A DNA stretch of 61,702 bases, filler included, from Bacteriovoracaceae bacterium (lineage in GTDB: Bacteria; Bdellovibrionota; Bacteriovoracia; Bacteriovoracales; Bacteriovoracaceae): NCBI GenBank assembly GCA_018649885.1. It is 5 parts of 5 records of this genome, joined end to end, with 100 filler letters (N's around TTAATTAATTAA, not from the genome) between each part and the next. Parts side by side here need not be neighbours in the genome. Positions count along the whole stretch, not along the records: positions 44,109 to 57,779 come from JABIHA010000060.1; positions 57,880 to 61,702 come from JABIHA010000109.1; 3 more parts are not named here. One strand, written 5' to 3'. Of the stretch, positions 49,100-59,466 are shown one piece after another. A model generated the notes under the pieces. It saw only the letters and a program-made list of their open reading frames with translations. It had not been told where the DNA came from and ran no database searches. How positions within the stretch are numbered: position 1 is the stretch's first letter; the number at the start of each line of letters is the position of its first letter. A program made the translations under genes and the position numbers.

Positions 49100-51451
49100 T
49101 TAAGTGTATTTAAAGTCTAATTCGCCATTTTTCATGGAAATTTTCACTTTCCCACCCTTAATTAATGAACCAAATAGCAACTCAGACGCCAAAGTATGTT
49201 TAATTTTTTGCTCAATAAACCTTTTTATTGGCCTTGCACCTAACTTTGGATCAAAAGCACTTTCGGCAATCCACTTTCTAGTCTCTAAATCCACATCAAG
49301 TTCGACTTTTTTCTCAGTCAGCATCACCTCAAGCTCCACTAAAAACTTATTAACGACTCTATCAATGGCAATTTTTTCAAGTTTATTGAAGTGAACAATT
49401 GCGTCAAGACGATTTCGAAACTCTGGAGAAAATGTGTTCTTAATAGCACTATCTCTCTTAGTACTTCCAAAGCTTTTTGAGGAAGCAGACAGCCCAATAT
49501 TTCCGGCTTCAAGCTCTCTAGCACCTGCATTGGTGGTGTATATGAGAATTACATTTCTAAAATCAACCTCTCTACCATTGCTGTCTGTAAGGACTCCATG
49601 GTCCATCACTTGGAGGAGTACATTAAAGATATCTGGGTGCGCCTTCTCAATCTCATCCAATAAAAGTACACAATGAGGGTTTTTATTTACGGCTTCCGTT
49701 AGGCCTCCTCCTTGTTCGAAACCAACGTATCCTGGAGGCGCTCCAATCAGTTTAGAGACTGAATGCTTTTCCATATATTCGGACATATCAAAGCGCTCAA
49801 AATCAATTCCCAAGTTTTGGCTTAGACTTATGGCAAGCTCAGTTTTTCCTACCCCTGTAGGACCAGCGAAGAGAAATGAGGCAATGGGCTTATCAGCACT
49901 CCCCAAACCAGACTTGGCGAGCATAATTGCAGTCACAACCTTGTCTATGGCCTCATCTTGGCCAAATATTTTCAACTTTAAATCTTTCTCTAGGTACTTA
50001 ATCTTCTCTTTTTCAGAGCCTGAAAGAGTTTTCTTTGGAATTCTAGCAAGTTGTGAAACCACCTCTTCGATATCATGAATGGTGATTTTAGACTTTCTCT
50101 TAGACTCAGGTAAAAGTCTGTTTCTTGCCCCTACTTCATCAATGATATCAATAGCTTTGTCTGGAAGTTTTCTGTCGTGCATGTGTTTTGCGCTTAGATA
50201 TGCAGCCGCTTTTAAGGCCTTCGGAGGGTAACTTACCTCATGAAATTGTTCATATTTTTCACGAAGACCCATTAAAATCTTAACGGTTTCATCGGGAGTT
50301 GGTTCCATCACATCAACTTTTTGAAATCTCCTTGAAAAAGCTGCATCCTTTTCTACAAATTTTCGGTATTCATCAAATGTTGTGCTCCCCATGACTTTGA
50401 CTTTGCCGCCTGTTAGGGAGGGTTTTAGTAAATTTGAGGCGTCCATGGAGCCGCCAGAGGTAGATCCTGCTCCCATGATGGTATGGATTTCATCAATAAA
50501 AAGCAGGCAGGGAGCCTTCTCACTCTTTTTATCCAGCTCTCGCATCAAGGACTTAAATCTTTGCTCGAAATCTCCCCTATACTTTGTTCCCGCCATCAAA
50601 GAAGCGAGATCTAGTGAATAGATTTTTAGATCTTTTAGGAGTTCTGGGACATTTTCTTCCACAACTGCAAGTGCCAAACCCTGTGCAAGTGCTGTTTTAC
50701 CAACTCCTGCATCCCCAGTAAGAAGCGGGTTATTCTTTCTTCTTCTACAAAGAATTTGAACAATCCGGTGGATCTCTTTTTTTCTTCCAATAAGCGGGTC
50801 TATTTCACCCTTTTTAGCGGATTTAATTAAATCAACAGTAAATGCTTCAAGTGGAGAGAGCTTGCCAGGAGCGCTCCCTTTTTTAGGTGCACTCTTAGTC
50901 TCCTCGTGAAAGCTCTCTTCTACCGAGAGAGGCTGGTCAACACCGTGAGATATTTTTTCTACTACCTTAAATCTTGTGAGATCTTGTTTTTCTAAAAGAT
51001 AAACGGCATGGCTCTTTTTCTCTGAATAAATAGCAACAAGTACATTAATTCCCTTGATATCGTTTTTCCCAGAGGACTGTACGTGCAGAGCAGCTCGTTG
51101 AATCACTCTTTGAAGTGAAAAACTTAATTCAGGCTGATAGGAAATCCCATTTTCTAAGGCCAGTTTTCTCACTTCCTCATTTTGAAATTGAAACTTACCT
51201 AAGTTTTCAATTTCTTCAGTACTTAAAATGCTAAAATGGTTTTGGCCGTCAATAAATTCGAGCAATTCTTTTTCAAGCTCAGCGATATCTCCGCCACATT
51301 CCTTTATGATTTCAGCAACCTGCTGATCTTCGATTAGGGAAAGTAGCAAACACTCAAGGGTCAAATACTCATGCCTGAACTGATTAGCAAGCTTAACTGC
51401 CCGATTGAGGGTGACTTCTAAATTTTGGCCTATCATATTTGATTCAGACAT
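49100..51451 (-). CDS. clpA: ATP-dependent Clp protease ATP-binding subunit ClpA
   Basis: two AAA modules (GDAGVGKT, GPTGVGKT), IGAPPGYVG; directly after clpS. Confidence 0.95.
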   Translation of the reverse strand: MSESNMIGQNLEVTLNRAVKLANQFRHEYLTLECLLLSLIEDQQVAEIIKECGGDIAELEKELLEFIDGQNHFSILSTEEIENLGKFQFQNEEVRKLALENGISYQPELSFSLQRVIQRAALHVQSSGKNDIKGINVLVAIYSEKKSHAVYLLEKQDLTRFKVVEKISHGVDQPLSVEESFHEETKSAPKKGSAPGKLSPLEAFTVDLIKSAKKGEIDPLIGRKKEIHRIVQILCRRRKNNPLLTGDAGVGKTALAQGLALAVVEENVPELLKDLKIYSLDLASLMAGTKYRGDFEQRFKSLMRELDKKSEKAPCLLFIDEIHTIMGAGSTSGGSMDASNLLKPSLTGGKVKVMGSTTFDEYRKFVEKDAAFSRRFQKVDVMEPTPDETVKILMGLREKYEQFHEVSYPPKALKAAAYLSAKHMHDRKLPDKAIDIIDEVGARNRLLPESKRKSKITIHDIEEVVSQLARIPKKTLSGSEKEKIKYLEKDLKLKIFGQDEAIDKVVTAIMLAKSGLGSADKPIASFLFAGPTGVGKTELAISLSQNLGIDFERFDMSEYMEKHSVSKLIGAPPGYVGFEQGGGLTEAVNKNPHCVLLLDEIEKAHPDIFNVLLQVMDHGVLTDSNGREVDFRNVILIYTTNAGARELEAGNIGLSASSKSFGSTKRDSAIKNTFSPEFRNRLDAIVHFNKLEKIAIDRVVNKFLVELEVMLTEKKVELDVDLETRKWIAESAFDPKLGARPIKRFIEQKIKHTLASELLFGSLIKGGKVKISMKNGELDFKYT

Positions 51452-51838
51452 TTACTCTTCCTCCAAAGTCACTTTTAAAGGGTGCCCATTTTCTTTAGAA
51501 AATCGGTTCACATGAATAATTTTTGTTTCTGCCACCTCAAAGGTATAGGTTCCACAAATTCCACTTCCCTTTTGATGAACTGAGAGCATTATTTCATTGG
51601 CCTGCCCATCAGACTTGAGGAAGAATTTTTTGAGTACTAATATGACAAACTCCATGGTGGTGTAGTCATCATTGTGCATAATAATCTTATAAAGAGGTGG
51701 TTTTTGAACCTTGCTCTTTTCAACGACCATTCCTGAAGATTCTTCATCAGTGTCTTCATCGTGATCGGAAAGTGAGGGGGAAACACCCCTTAAGGAGTCA
51801 AAACTACTGAATATATTGTGAAGTTTAGTTGTCAACAA
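51452..51838 (-). CDS. clpS: ClpAP adaptor ClpS
   Basis: PPLYKIIMHNDDYTTMEFV, VH.KG.GICG.Y..EVAETK. Confidence 0.95.
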   Translation of the reverse strand: MLTTKLHNIFSSFDSLRGVSPSLSDHDEDTDEESSGMVVEKSKVQKPPLYKIIMHNDDYTTMEFVILVLKKFFLKSDGQANEIMLSVHQKGSGICGTYTFEVAETKIIHVNRFSKENGHPLKVTLEEE

Positions 51839-51864
51839 TACCCCTTTTGCGCTAAAAACATCTC

Positions 51865-52800
51865 ATGGAACACAGGCAAATGCTTAAAAATAGGTTATCG
51901 AAAAATTGGAAGAAGCTCAAAAAATGGGCGAGCCAAAACAATTTCGAAGCCTTCCGTATTTACGACCGTGATCTGCCAGAGTATCCCTACATTATTGATC
52001 TCTACGGAAAATATAGTGTCACATTTGAAAAAGGCAACCCCTTAAAAGTTAGTGAGGAAAAAAGGGCCTGTACAATCGCTGACATCAAGTACTGTATTAA
52101 TGATTTGCTCCAGATACCCGCAGGAAATCAATTCTTAAAATTAAGAGAAAAAAAGCGGGGGAAAAACCAATACGGTAAGGTCTCAGAGGACGGTATTCAC
52201 ACTACAATTTCCGAAGGTGCGGCAAAGTACCTTATTAATTTGTCGGATTACCTAGATACGGGAGTATTTTTAGACCACAGGCCAATAAGAAAGAAAATTT
52301 ATCAACTATCTGGCCCTCAAACAAATTTTTTAAACCTTTTTTCCTATACTGGAACTGCAAGTGTAATGTCAGCTTTAAACGGCGCACGAACAACTAACGT
52401 AGATATGTCAAAAACATACCTCAATTGGACTAAAGAAAATTTTCTACTCAATGAAATTGATCCCAAAAACCACTCTTTGATTCACGATAATGTGCTGAAC
52501 TTCCTAAAAAACTGCAGGGATAGCTTTGATTTGATTTTACTTGACCCCCCCACTTTTTCTAACTCTAAGAGAATGGAAAATGATTTTAAGGTAATGGAGG
52601 ACCAATTCACCATTGTGGATCAATCTATGGAATTACTGAATAAGGGCGGCGAGCTTATATTTTCTAACAATAACAGAAGCTTTAAGCTGAGTGATTCACT
52701 GAAAGAAAAATACCAGGTAAGCAATTACACAAAAAAGAGCATTCCCTACGATTTTCGCGACACCAAAATCCATCAATCCTTTATCATTAAACACCTTTAG
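51865..52800 (+). CDS. class I SAM-dependent rRNA methyltransferase (stand-alone RlmK-like)
   Basis: RIYDRDLPEY, DYLDTGVFLDHR, LNLFSYTG, DPPTFSNSKRM. Confidence 0.85.
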   Translation: MEHRQMLKNRLSKNWKKLKKWASQNNFEAFRIYDRDLPEYPYIIDLYGKYSVTFEKGNPLKVSEEKRACTIADIKYCINDLLQIPAGNQFLKLREKKRGKNQYGKVSEDGIHTTISEGAAKYLINLSDYLDTGVFLDHRPIRKKIYQLSGPQTNFLNLFSYTGTASVMSALNGARTTNVDMSKTYLNWTKENFLLNEIDPKNHSLIHDNVLNFLKNCRDSFDLILLDPPTFSNSKRMENDFKVMEDQFTIVDQSMELLNKGGELIFSNNNRSFKLSDSLKEKYQVSNYTKKSIPYDFRDTKIHQSFIIKHL

Positions 52801-52844
52801 TATAAAATATCAGCTCCAGTATTAGAAAGCGGTGGAGGGTAATC

Positions 52845-53354
52845 ATGGGACTTTGGAATGTTTTATTTAAAAATGAAGGTGCAAAAAATGAATTTGAAAT
52901 TCGTCTGCACGAAAAGATCTCAAAAATTTTGCCTGAAGATGACGAAAACTCTCAAGTAGAAATTGCATGCGTTGCAGGCCTACTGGCAAGGGTCGCCTAT
53001 ACGGATATGGTAGTAGAACCCCAAGAGAAAAAGGCGATGTGTGAAGCTCTCGCCAAATACTCCAAACTTGATTCTAAAAAGATTGATCTTGTGACAGATC
53101 TTGCTATCGCCGAAATGAAGGATTTAGCAGGTCTTCAAAATCACCGTTACGGAATTATTCTCAGTGACCTGTGGGGAGCCGAACAAAAACATCGATTACT
53201 TGAGACACTTTTTGCAATCGCCGCAAGTGATGGTTCAACAACCAATGAAGAAAGCGAAGAAATTAGAAATATCTGCCACAGTCTAAAGCTGCCACCAAAT
53301 AATTACCTGGCAGCTCGTGCGACTGTTTTAGATAGCCTCGCTGCCCTTAAATAA
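52845..53354 (+). CDS. TerB family protein
   Basis: LLARVAYTD....QE, LFAIAASDG..TNEE.E.IR.I. Confidence 0.8.
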   Translation: MGLWNVLFKNEGAKNEFEIRLHEKISKILPEDDENSQVEIACVAGLLARVAYTDMVVEPQEKKAMCEALAKYSKLDSKKIDLVTDLAIAEMKDLAGLQNHRYGIILSDLWGAEQKHRLLETLFAIAASDGSTTNEESEEIRNICHSLKLPPNNYLAARATVLDSLAALK

Positions 53355-53358
53355 TTTC

Positions 53359-53599
53359 AAAAAAAGCCCCCAACGAATTGGGGGCACGGCAATTGCAAAT
53401 TTTTGTTTTTTAAATTTACTCTTCTTTTTTGTCATCTTCTTTAAAGCTAAGGCCTTTAAATTTATCAGCAAGTGTTGCTGCTCTAAACTCTTCAGTCTTA
53501 TAAGTCTTAAGAGCTTGAATATCATCAGCTTTGCCAACAGCTTTCATAGATAGAGCAATTTTCTTTACTTCTTTATCTACAGACATAACCATTGCTTTA
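53359..53599 (-). pseudogene. rpsA: duplicated rpsA 3' fragment (~60 codons) plus terminator
   Basis: near-identical to 55722-55969; encodes KAMVMSVDKEVKKIALSMKAVGKADDIQALK...GLSFKEDDKKEE*. Confidence 0.92.
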
Positions 53600-53754
53600 T
53601 TTAAATATTTAAAGGTACGTCGCTGGAATCACATTGCCAGTGCAACTCCTTTCGTGACTTTTCCAAAAGATACCACCTACCTACGTAATCATTAAGTATT
53701 TCTCCGTAAAAAATCTATCGAATTGAGACCATAATAAGGTACTGGAGTTAAGTT

Positions 53755-55638
53755 ATGAAAAATATTACAAGCCATCCTACATATCTGCATGCTTTACGGT
53801 TTATTATATTGGCGCTGATATGCCATCACACCAATGCTTTTTCACTAAGTACAATTGAGGGACTTACTGGACTAGCTCACAGTGTGTATAGCTTTGATAT
53901 CTTTGATGACTTTTCCGGCTATTGTCATATGAACAAGTATGAAAAATCAAGCGATTTTAGTACCACTGATAACGATATTCGCTATTTACAAGATGCACTG
54001 GCCCTCAGTATTGAGAATGTCAAAAAATCACAACAATTCTATCAATTAAATAAAGCAACAGATCAAAATAAGCGAGAAATGTTACGAGATCAATTTGTGA
54101 CAATGGCAAGATTTAGCTCTTTAAATGCATTCAGGTTAGAAAATCCCAACTGCGATGAAGTATCTAAAGTGATTCATGGTGAAATCAAAAAGGTAAGCTC
54201 TGCATTAGCTCCTTTACTTGGAACGCCTATTATGAGCAAAGTAGTTAAAAAAATAAGGCCTTTTGTTGCCAATGTCGCCATGATTAGTGAATTACAGTAC
54301 AATCAATTTTTCTCCAATATTTTGAAACAAGAATTTTCTACGCAAGATATCCATCAAGCTGAAAACCTTTTTTTTGAAAAAGCTCTCGAGGAACTTCAAG
54401 AGCAAATCTCTGATATATTAAGTGATCTGGGTGATTACCAAGCAGGATCAAATATTAAACGTATTGCCAAGCCAATCTATATTCCTTTTGATCACGCATT
54501 AGGAGGTTTTTTGGGAAGTGGCAGTAAGGATTATCAGTACCTAGCGATGTTATTAAATACATCAAAATTTGAAAAGAAAAGCTACGCTGATATCTATGCC
54601 CTTTGTCGTTTGGAAGAAGAAATCAATGAGAAAGACTTTCGAAAGCTTGGAACGACAATTTCTTTAACTGTGGCAACAGTCTTTCTCTCTCCAGGTGCAT
54701 CCGTTGCAAGAGCTCTGGGGACGATTGCCCAAAACTCTCATCGCATTATATCGGCAATCACAACAGCTGGGATAGTGATTGAGACAAGCGATATCGCTCT
54801 TGCAGCACTCCACTCCTATCGCGATGTCATGCATGCTTGCAAATCTGACTATACCAAACAACTTTTTTTAGATCCCACAAGGGGCCCAGCAGAAATGAGC
54901 TCTTGCTCTAGTGCCTCTATTATGGGTGTTTTGGCAGTTCTTGGGTCGGCAGTTGGTATCAACCAGCTGAGAAAGTCTTTAAAGGTCGGAAAGGTTGGAA
55001 CAGCGGCAAAAGCTAAAAAGAGAAGCTCTTCCTTACTTAGAGGCCCTAAGTTAGATCTAAGTGATGAATTAGTCATTTGGTTAGGAAGACATGGAATTAA
55101 TTATAAAAATGTTAATAATATCGATGAACTTAAAAACCTGGTCCTAAAGAAAATTATTAGGCATATGGATCAGGACGTAAGATACACAATTGCAGTATCA
55201 AATGTTACTGAATATTTTAATGATGTTGATAACTGGATGGATTCTCTGGCAAATATTGCTAAAGAGTGTAGAAAAAGCGAAAGATGTGGAAAGATTGCAA
55301 AAAAATTAGATGATTTTTTTAATCCAGGAGAACTCCATCGTCAAATATCAAATGGTTTTGATCTAAACAATAATCCAGTTAATACTGGAGGAACTGCTAG
55401 TAGAGCGGTTATTGCACATGCATATGCATACGTTTTTGATCATTCAGGAGATGGAATATATTCTTTACTGCAACTAATGGCCACCAGTAGACCTGTCAGA
55501 ATTCGAGAATCTGTTAAATTTATACTAGAGGAAGAAGGCGACGATTTAGTTAAATATATAAGAAAAAATCTAATTGAGGAGGAGTTGGGTATGAGCGGTA
55601 AAATCCTTGAAGAACTAGGTCTTGGTTTTTTGAAGTGA
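53755..55638 (+). CDS. secreted hypothetical protein, paralogous core to 40279-42982
   Basis: signal peptide; central hydrophobic helices bracketed by conserved Cys residues. Confidence 0.75.
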   Translation: MKNITSHPTYLHALRFIILALICHHTNAFSLSTIEGLTGLAHSVYSFDIFDDFSGYCHMNKYEKSSDFSTTDNDIRYLQDALALSIENVKKSQQFYQLNKATDQNKREMLRDQFVTMARFSSLNAFRLENPNCDEVSKVIHGEIKKVSSALAPLLGTPIMSKVVKKIRPFVANVAMISELQYNQFFSNILKQEFSTQDIHQAENLFFEKALEELQEQISDILSDLGDYQAGSNIKRIAKPIYIPFDHALGGFLGSGSKDYQYLAMLLNTSKFEKKSYADIYALCRLEEEINEKDFRKLGTTISLTVATVFLSPGASVARALGTIAQNSHRIISAITTAGIVIETSDIALAALHSYRDVMHACKSDYTKQLFLDPTRGPAEMSSCSSASIMGVLAVLGSAVGINQLRKSLKVGKVGTAAKAKKRSSSLLRGPKLDLSDELVIWLGRHGINYKNVNNIDELKNLVLKKIIRHMDQDVRYTIAVSNVTEYFNDVDNWMDSLANIAKECRKSERCGKIAKKLDDFFNPGELHRQISNGFDLNNNPVNTGGTASRAVIAHAYAYVFDHSGDGIYSLLQLMATSRPVRIRESVKFILEEEGDDLVKYIRKNLIEEELGMSGKILEELGLGFLK

Positions 55639-55721
55639 GGTGTCCTCTTCATTCAGAGTTCCCTCTACTTTTAGAGGATAAGGTAAAATAAGAGCTATTC
55701 TATTTGGGAGATTTTTAAATA

Positions 55722-55750
55722 AAAAAAAGCCCCCAAGAAAATTGGGGGCT
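55722..55750 (-). terminator. rpsA terminator
   Basis: AGCCCCCAA-N5-TTGGGGGCT with A-tract on + (U-tract on -). Confidence 0.85.
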
Positions 55751-55779
55751 CCATACTTGTAAATTTTTGTTTTTTAAAT

Positions 55780-57549
55780 TTACTCTTCTTTTTTGTCTTC
55801 TTTCTTGTCATCAAAGCTAAGGCCTTTAAATTTATCAGCAAGTGTTGCTGCTCTAAACTCTTCAGTCTTATAAGTCTTAAGAGCTTTTACATCATCAGCT
55901 TTGCCAACAGCTTTCATAGATAGAGCAATTTTCTTTGCTTCTTTATCTACAGACATAACCATTGCTTTAACGATATCTGCCTTTTTCACAACATCAGATG
56001 GTTTTTCAACTCTTTCTTCCGAAAGCTCTGAAATGTGAATAAGACCTTCAATACCAGTTTCAAGTTCAACAAATGCTCCAAAGTCTGTAACTCTAACAAC
56101 ACTTGACTCTACAACTGTTCCTACAGGATAACGCTCTTCAATTCTCTTCCAAGGATCTTCCTCAAGTTGCTTCGTTCCGATGCAAAACTTTTGATTTTCC
56201 TTATCAACAGAGAGAACTTTCCCTTTGATTTTATCACCCATTGAGAATTCTGCTTCTGGACGGATATTTTTCTTAGTCCAAGAAATGTCAGATACGTGAA
56301 TAAGTGCATCCATTTCTTCACCAAGATCAACAAACGCGCCGAACTCAACAATTGATTTAATAGTACCTTCAACTTCTAATCCAACAGGATATTTATCAAC
56401 AAGGGCATCCCATGGGTTTTCTTGAAGTTGTTTAAGACCAAGAGAGATTCTCTTGTTATCAACATCAACTTCGAGAACTTGAGCTTCAATTTTTTGAGAC
56501 ATTTCAACAATTTTTGAAGGATGCTTAACTTTGTTAGTCCAGCTCATTTCACTTACGTGAATAAGACCTTCAATCCCGTCGTCTAGCTCAACAAATACAC
56601 CGTAGTCTTTTACCGATACAACTTCACCGTTAACTTTAGTACCAACAACATATTTTGATGCAGCTGATTCCCAAGGGTTTGGTTGAACTTGTTTAAGACC
56701 AAGTGAAACTCTTTCTTTTTCTGAATCAAATCTGAGGATTTTAACTTCGATCTCATCTCCAACACTTAGAAGATTAGAAGGATGCTTAACTCTTCCCCAA
56801 GACATGTCAGTAATGTGAAGAAGACCATCAACACCACCAAGATCAATAAAGGCACCATAGTCAGTGATATTTTTAACAATACCCTTAACAATCATTCCCT
56901 CTTGAATCTGACCAAGAGTTTCGCCTCTTAGACGGTTTCTTTCATCTTGAAGAATTGCTCTTCTTGAAAGAACAATATTTCCACGTTTCTTGTTAAACTT
57001 AATAACCTTGTATTCCATTGTTTTGCCAATGTACTTATCAAGGTTTCTTGTAGGTCTGATATCAATTTGTGAACCTGGTAAAAAGGCCTTAACACCGATA
57101 TCAACAGATAGACCGCCTTTAACTTTTGCAATCACAGTTCCTTCTACAGCTTCACCGTTTTCACAGGCAGCAGAAATGCGATCCCAAGCTTGAAGAATTT
57201 CAGCCTTATCTTTAGAAAGAACTAGGTTTCCTAAATTGGATTCTAGTTTTTCTAGATACACATCAATTACGTCTTCAACCTTAATTTTAAGAGTTCCATC
57301 ATAATTTCTAAATTCTCTAGCAATTACGAGTCCCTCTTGCTTGTAACCAATGTCTACAGTTACAAAGTCATCAGTAATCTTAATGACTGTTCCTTTGAAA
57401 ATTTCTCCTTCTCTAAAATTTTTGGTCTTAGAAGATTCGAGAAGCTCTCCAAACTCTGTAACTTTTTTCTCTTCAACATCTTCACCAAAAACAATGTCAA
57501 AGTCCTTCATCCAGCCCTGCTGAATGTCACTTGAATTAGTACTTGTCAT
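55780..57549 (-). CDS. rpsA: 30S ribosomal protein S1
   Basis: six S1 repeats (YGAFIDLGGVDGLLHITDMSW etc.). Confidence 0.98.
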   Translation of the reverse strand: MTSTNSSDIQQGWMKDFDIVFGEDVEEKKVTEFGELLESSKTKNFREGEIFKGTVIKITDDFVTVDIGYKQEGLVIAREFRNYDGTLKIKVEDVIDVYLEKLESNLGNLVLSKDKAEILQAWDRISAACENGEAVEGTVIAKVKGGLSVDIGVKAFLPGSQIDIRPTRNLDKYIGKTMEYKVIKFNKKRGNIVLSRRAILQDERNRLRGETLGQIQEGMIVKGIVKNITDYGAFIDLGGVDGLLHITDMSWGRVKHPSNLLSVGDEIEVKILRFDSEKERVSLGLKQVQPNPWESAASKYVVGTKVNGEVVSVKDYGVFVELDDGIEGLIHVSEMSWTNKVKHPSKIVEMSQKIEAQVLEVDVDNKRISLGLKQLQENPWDALVDKYPVGLEVEGTIKSIVEFGAFVDLGEEMDALIHVSDISWTKKNIRPEAEFSMGDKIKGKVLSVDKENQKFCIGTKQLEEDPWKRIEERYPVGTVVESSVVRVTDFGAFVELETGIEGLIHISELSEERVEKPSDVVKKADIVKAMVMSVDKEAKKIALSMKAVGKADDVKALKTYKTEEFRAATLADKFKGLSFDDKKEDKKEE

Positions 57550-57651
57550 AAATAATTTCCTTAAAACGGCATTTGCCCTCCTACTGGAGGGGAGCGGTCT
57601 TTATACACAAACTGGTGACATTTAGGCAATAGAATTAACGCTTCACACTTA

Positions 57652-57732
57652 AGGAGTCAGGTACGAATGCTACTGCTTTAACAAAATAGTTTCATGATTC
57701 TAAAGACATACGGCCACGTGTCGTGGCCGTAT
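57652..57732. repeat. REP-like dispersed motif plus perfect hairpin
   Basis: GTACGAATGCTACTGCTTTAA identical to 43865-43885; ATACGGCCACG-TGT-CGTGGCCGTAT at 57708-57732. Confidence 0.65.
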
Positions 57733-57779
57733 TTAACTTTCTTGTTACATTAAAATTGCAAAATAAAAACAAACAAGGA

Positions 57780-57879
57780 NNNNNNNNNNNNNNNNNNNNN
57801 NNNNNNNNNNNNNNNNNNNNNNNTTAATTAATTAANNNNNNNNNNNNNNNNNNNNNNNNNNNNNNNNNNNNNNNNNNNN
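57780..57879. other. artificial contig spacer
   Basis: N run containing TTAATTAATTAA. Confidence 0.98.
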
Positions 57880-59402
<1,523 letters not shown>

Positions 59403-59417
59403 TCAAATTCTTTTATT

Positions 59418-59444
59418 TAACTTGTCAGCATTTTTAGTCGATTA
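59418..59444 (+). promoter_or_regulatory. candidate sigma-28 promoter
   Basis: TAAC-N15-GTCGATTA, same -35 and spacing as the flagellin promoter. Confidence 0.5.
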
Positions 59445-59466
59445 GCACTGTGAACAGAGGTGTAGT

